Positions 60,399 through 64,000 of a DNA stretch of 64,000 nt are shown here, piece after piece. This stretch comes from Waddliaceae bacterium (GTDB lineage Bacteria > Chlamydiota > Chlamydiia > Chlamydiales > Waddliaceae), in contig CAVRUH010000001.1 in assembly GCA_963724325.1 (NCBI GenBank), positions 160,001 through 224,000 on the forward strand, written 5' to 3'. The notes beneath the pieces are model-generated. The model saw nothing but the letters and a program-made list of their open reading frames with translations, ran no database searches and was not told the DNA's origin. Each line of letters opens with the position of its first letter. The stretch's first letter is position 1. The translations under genes and the position numbers were made by a program.

Positions 60399-60692
60399 AT
60401 GAAACCTAAAATAAAAGTACCACTTGCAAAAATTAAAAAATTCTGTCGTGTACATCACATTGTCAAGCTTTGCCTATTTGGTTCAGTGCTAACTGATAAA
60501 TTTAATAAAAGAAGCGATATTGACGTACTTGTAGATTTTGATTCCGCGCATATCCCCTCATTTTTCGGTCTTGCTGATATGCAGTTCGAACTTGAAGATT
60601 TATTTGACCGAAGAGTAGATTTGCGTACACCAGAGGACTTAAACATCCATTTTAGGGAAAATGTAGTTTCAAACTCCCTTCGATTGGTGTAA
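60399..60692 (+). CDS. Minimal nucleotidyltransferase (MNT) antitoxin
   Basis: LFGSVL.......SDIDVLV, VDL. Confidence 0.88.
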   Translation: MKPKIKVPLAKIKKFCRVHHIVKLCLFGSVLTDKFNKRSDIDVLVDFDSAHIPSFFGLADMQFELEDLFDRRVDLRTPEDLNIHFRENVVSNSLRLV

Positions 60693-60697
60693 AAAAT

Positions 60698-61048
60698 ATG
60701 AAGGATCCACTTTACAATCCACTAGTGTATATGCTGGAGGCATCTCAGGCCGCTGTTAAGCATCTTGTTAAGAAAAAAAGAAAGGATTTGGATACGAACA
60801 GAATGGTCTTATCAGCAGTAGTTAGAGAGCTTGAAATCATTGGTGAGGCTGCAAATTCAGTACCTGCTACTCTTAAGAAAAAATATCCCGAAATTCCTTG
60901 GAAGCAGATGATTGCAATGCGTAATCGTCTCATTCATGCCTATTTTGATGTTAATCATGATGTCGTCTGGATTACCACCACTGAACATCTTCCAAAGCTC
61001 ATTGAACAGCTAAAAACGATTTTAAAATCCGATTCAGCGACATTTTGA
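60698..61048 (+). CDS. HEPN/DUF86 toxin
   Basis: LEIIGEA, IPW..M..MRNRLIHAY. Confidence 0.88.
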   Translation: MKDPLYNPLVYMLEASQAAVKHLVKKKRKDLDTNRMVLSAVVRELEIIGEAANSVPATLKKKYPEIPWKQMIAMRNRLIHAYFDVNHDVVWITTTEHLPKLIEQLKTILKSDSATF

Positions 61049-61130
61049 TTCCCTGTTTTCACTTCTAAATAACGATTTTTGCTTTAATCCACCATGGTGC
61101 ACAGAATAAATGACCCAAAAATGCCGTTCT

Positions 61131-61864
61131 TTACACATAGTTATTTCTATGTATTTCTTCCCCGGCGACATCTTTGTAGGTATCATCAAAAAAGGAAAAG
61201 TCAAGTTTTACCTTATTAGCAACATCATCAGGTGTTACTCCTTCCTCGGCAGCTTTACGATACATCAAAGTAACAGCTTCACTAACCCACTTTTTAATAA
61301 ATAATCCCGATTTTCCTTCGGTCTTCCTCACAATCTCAGATATCGTCTGCTCATTGACCTGCTTACGTTTAATTATTTCATCGAGGAAATAGTCGAACAT
61401 GATTTTTCGTTCTTTCAATGAAGGCAATGGCACCTCAAGCAACTTTGCAGGGGTGCTCATGCTGAATCCTTTTAAAATCTCTGCTGGAATATTTCCAGAG
61501 GTGATTCCTATAATCAATACATTGTGCGCTGCCAAGCCTTCATTTATAAATAAATTTTGAACTTCTTTAATGAAGTGGCCCATCTGAACTCCAGATTCTC
61601 TTTCAGAGACCTTGTTTGAGGCAAAAATCCAGTTTATCTCATTTTGACGATGACGTGCAATGGAGCTTCCGCTCTTTGGTCTCTTGATGCATTTTTTGCA
61701 GGTTGAATTGCTGTGCTAATAGATTGTAATAGTTTTTCTCCTTGCTGCGGCCAAAGCTGCGAGGCACAGTAGTACTGAAATCGATTCTTGTCCAAAAACA
61801 ATAATTTTTCTACCAAGCGTGCAATCATACTTTTGCTGGTTCCTGGAGGTCCATAAAGTAACAC
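61131..61864 (-). pseudogene. Frameshifted, degenerate AAA+ ATPase domain
   Basis: GVLLYGPPGTSKS (altered Walker A); Walker B region split by a frameshift near 61640; NVLIIGITS, VPLPS..ER. Confidence 0.65.
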
Positions 61865-61866
61865 AC

Positions 61867-62874
61867 CTATTGAGACAGCTCTAATAAAGTGGCCAGGAGT
61901 TCATCGGCCTCCTGCCTTAAATCAATTAACTTTTGCTTATATTCTGCGTTCTTCTGGTCAAGTTCATTTTGCAGTTTGCGAGTTGTTGCTTCAGATGCTC
62001 CCCCACTAACTAACGCATTAAACTCATTAATACCTGTGTCGCGGAGTTGTCCAATCTTTTTAGCTTGAGCATTAATTCCTCCCACTTCTCTATCCACTTC
62101 ATCTAATTTTAAACGCATATGATTTACTCTTTCGGATAAAGCACTCTTTTCCGAATCCAAAAAAGTACTAGGGTTATATTTTTCCATAACCTCTAAAACA
62201 TCGTACGTTACAGGCATGATTAGTACCCATTGTGCTTTAATTTTAAATGCACCATATAACTTATTAGCCAATGATTTAAGGATTTCCTGCCACATCGTAA
62301 ACTTCTCTGTACTATTTCCTTCCGATGCTCTTGCGTGCTCCCTAACTGCATCTTCGAGTAAATGCCCCTCAAACGTTTCAACATTTAGTGCACTTCGTAC
62401 GTTTTCTCTTAATTCTTCAAGATTAATTGACTTTACAGGTGAAGCAGCCGGCTCTATGTTTGGCATTGGAATATCGAAGTTCAATAAATCATCGTCAACT
62501 ATGTCAGGCAATGCAGGTGGTAATTCTTCATCTGACTGTTCTGTATTAGCTTGAGGAATATTAGAGTAAAGAATTCTATCAAAAATTGCTTTAAGATCTA
62601 GGTTCTGTAACTTAGCCTTAATTGCAATCGCTGAAAATTTATGATCACTATTAGGATCCAAACCTGCCTGAATCAAACTATTTACGTATACCTCATGTAT
62701 TTTCCTGTCTTGACCGCCCGCTGTGAAAATATTTTTAATTAGTCTTATAATCCACTGACCAAATCCTTTTACTTCGACCAGCGTTCCTTTACTTTCATCA
62801 TAGGTAAAGCGTCTAAAATTTGGTTTGGCCTGGAGAGCCATTAAATTATCTCTTGCATTAATAATCGGATTCAC
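61867..62874 (-). CDS. Hypothetical coiled-coil protein, candidate effector
   Basis: 335 aa; proline/acidic linker; C-terminal coiled coil; GGAG RBS. Confidence 0.7.
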   Translation of the reverse strand: MNPIINARDNLMALQAKPNFRRFTYDESKGTLVEVKGFGQWIIRLIKNIFTAGGQDRKIHEVYVNSLIQAGLDPNSDHKFSAIAIKAKLQNLDLKAIFDRILYSNIPQANTEQSDEELPPALPDIVDDDLLNFDIPMPNIEPAASPVKSINLEELRENVRSALNVETFEGHLLEDAVREHARASEGNSTEKFTMWQEILKSLANKLYGAFKIKAQWVLIMPVTYDVLEVMEKYNPSTFLDSEKSALSERVNHMRLKLDEVDREVGGINAQAKKIGQLRDTGINEFNALVSGGASEATTRKLQNELDQKNAEYKQKLIDLRQEADELLATLLELSQ

Positions 62875-63022
62875 TATTTTTCTCCTTTTATAGTATTATC
62901 TATACCAATAATCTTACACTAAAATTTAATTTATTTCAATGCTTATGTTAGTATATTCAATTTTTTATCTCTATTCTTGATTCAAATAGAGAGTGTTATC
63001 TTCGACTATGTTCCTTTCATTC

Positions 63023-63114
63023 TCTGATATATTACTATATCACGATTTTTTGATATAGTAATATATCAGAAATTCTTGATATATCTTGACATTGAATTGA
63101 GAAAATGTCATAAT
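63023..63114 (+). promoter_or_regulatory. 20-bp perfect inverted repeat plus sigma70 promoter
   Basis: TCTGATATATTACTATATCA-N8-TGATATAGTAATATATCAGA (63023-63070); TTGACA-17-CATAAT (63086-63114). Confidence 0.7.
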
Positions 63115-63137
63115 GAGGACAAAGCAAGGAAGATGTT

Positions 63138-64000
63138 ATGCAACTCATTGATCAAAAGTGCTATAAATGCAATAAAGCTTTAGAAGTCGGCTGTCCTGTT
63201 CAATCAGGCCTTCACCCACATTGCTTCAGTTCATGGTTCAAGGTTGAGCCGTTGGAAGATTTTGAAGACGTGGTCGCACGCTCATCCGAAGCTCTCGCTT
63301 CTAATGATTGGGTGCGTATTGCTTCCAGTTTTTTTCATGGTAAGTTTCGTAAATACTCCGCCCAACTGGGGACAAAAAGTTATCTATTAAAAGTTCAACA
63401 ACCTGAGTTTCCCGAACTGCCTGCAATGGAGTACCTATGTAATCAAATAGCATCTAGTCTGCAATTTCAGATCCCAAGTTATTTTTTCATTCGCTTCCAA
63501 AATGAGTTAGACACCTTTGTCAGCGAAAATTTTATGCAGTTCTATCCAGGATGTGATCTTGTTCACATTTATCGATATTTGGATGCACCTAATCAATTTA
63601 CTTGCGAAGGCTTATTGAAGGTCTTGGAACAAAATGTGAAGCGATATGACGATATTCAAAGATTTGTTAAGCTTTGTTTATTCGATTCACTTATCGGAAA
63701 CCATGATCGTCATGGTAGAAATTTAGGTCTCATTCAGAGTGGCCAGGAACTTCGGCTTTCCCCTTTTTACGATAATCCATCATATTTGGCTTTAGAACAC
63801 CCGCTGCTTTTAGGTGCTTTTCACGAGCCACGAGGAGCCATTGGAACTGTTGACACATCAGAACCGATGATGAAAGATTATGTAAAAGAATGGATGCGAC
63901 TTGAGCTCGATGAGCCCATCAAGGAATTCAGGGATCAGATAGATATTGAGCAAATCATATGTTTAATTTCTCAGAGTTATATTTCTGAGAAAAGAAAACA
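63138..64000 (+). CDS. HipA-like Ser/Thr kinase (runs off window end; absent from the ORF track)
   Basis: Manual translation: MQLIDQKCYKC...HPHC...HGKFRK...YLLK...E.PAMEY...DSLIGNHDRHGRN...LSPFYD. Confidence 0.85.
   Translation, partial: MQLIDQKCYKCNKALEVGCPVQSGLHPHCFSSWFKVEPLEDFEDVVARSSEALASNDWVRIASSFFHGKFRKYSAQLGTKSYLLKVQQPEFPELPAMEYLCNQIASSLQFQIPSYFFIRFQNELDTFVSENFMQFYPGCDLVHIYRYLDAPNQFTCEGLLKVLEQNVKRYDDIQRFVKLCLFDSLIGNHDRHGRNLGLIQSGQELRLSPFYDNPSYLALEHPLLLGAFHEPRGAIGTVDTSEPMMKDYVKEWMRLELDEPIKEFRDQIDIEQIICLISQSYISEKRK

Noticed and set aside
1..64000. tRNA, rRNA, prophage, integron or retron elements
   Set aside because: No cloverleaf or rRNA-like sequence, integrase, reverse transcriptase or phage genes were recognised by eye.

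Overview
This window is chromosomal DNA from an environmental chlamydia, Parachlamydiales-like. That is an inference from an ATP/ADP translocase, nqrBCDE, a LAB_N protein, a eukaryote-type UAP-gpsA pair, F-box and Inc-like ORFs, and tkt/hemE/hemY/alaS/mfd linkage. Most of it is housekeeping: sucCD, ftsY, hemY, hemE, tkt, alaS, mfd, nqrBCDE, suhB, hemC(D), sod, rsmB, tatD, psd, ruvAC, waaF, gpsA. Accessory genes include two MNT-HEPN toxin-antitoxin pairs, a HipA-like kinase, ATPases and candidate effectors. The most striking signal is non-coding and sits mainly between convergent genes. (1) A BIME-like array of GTGG-REP hairpins at 51098-54485 holds two 1486-bp copies of one IS4-superfamily/IS701-like element in opposite orientations. 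Each copy is flanked by a 23-bp direct duplication of exactly one whole REP hairpin, which suggests stem-loop/cruciform-guided targeting. (2) Miniature elements are nested inside one another: an IS66-ended MITE (8-bp TSD) inside an IS231-like MITE (11-bp TSD) inside a pre-existing hairpin or repeat. Two frameshifts (hemC-hemD, sod) look like single-base G-run errors. All calls come from reading the sequence; no database searches were run.
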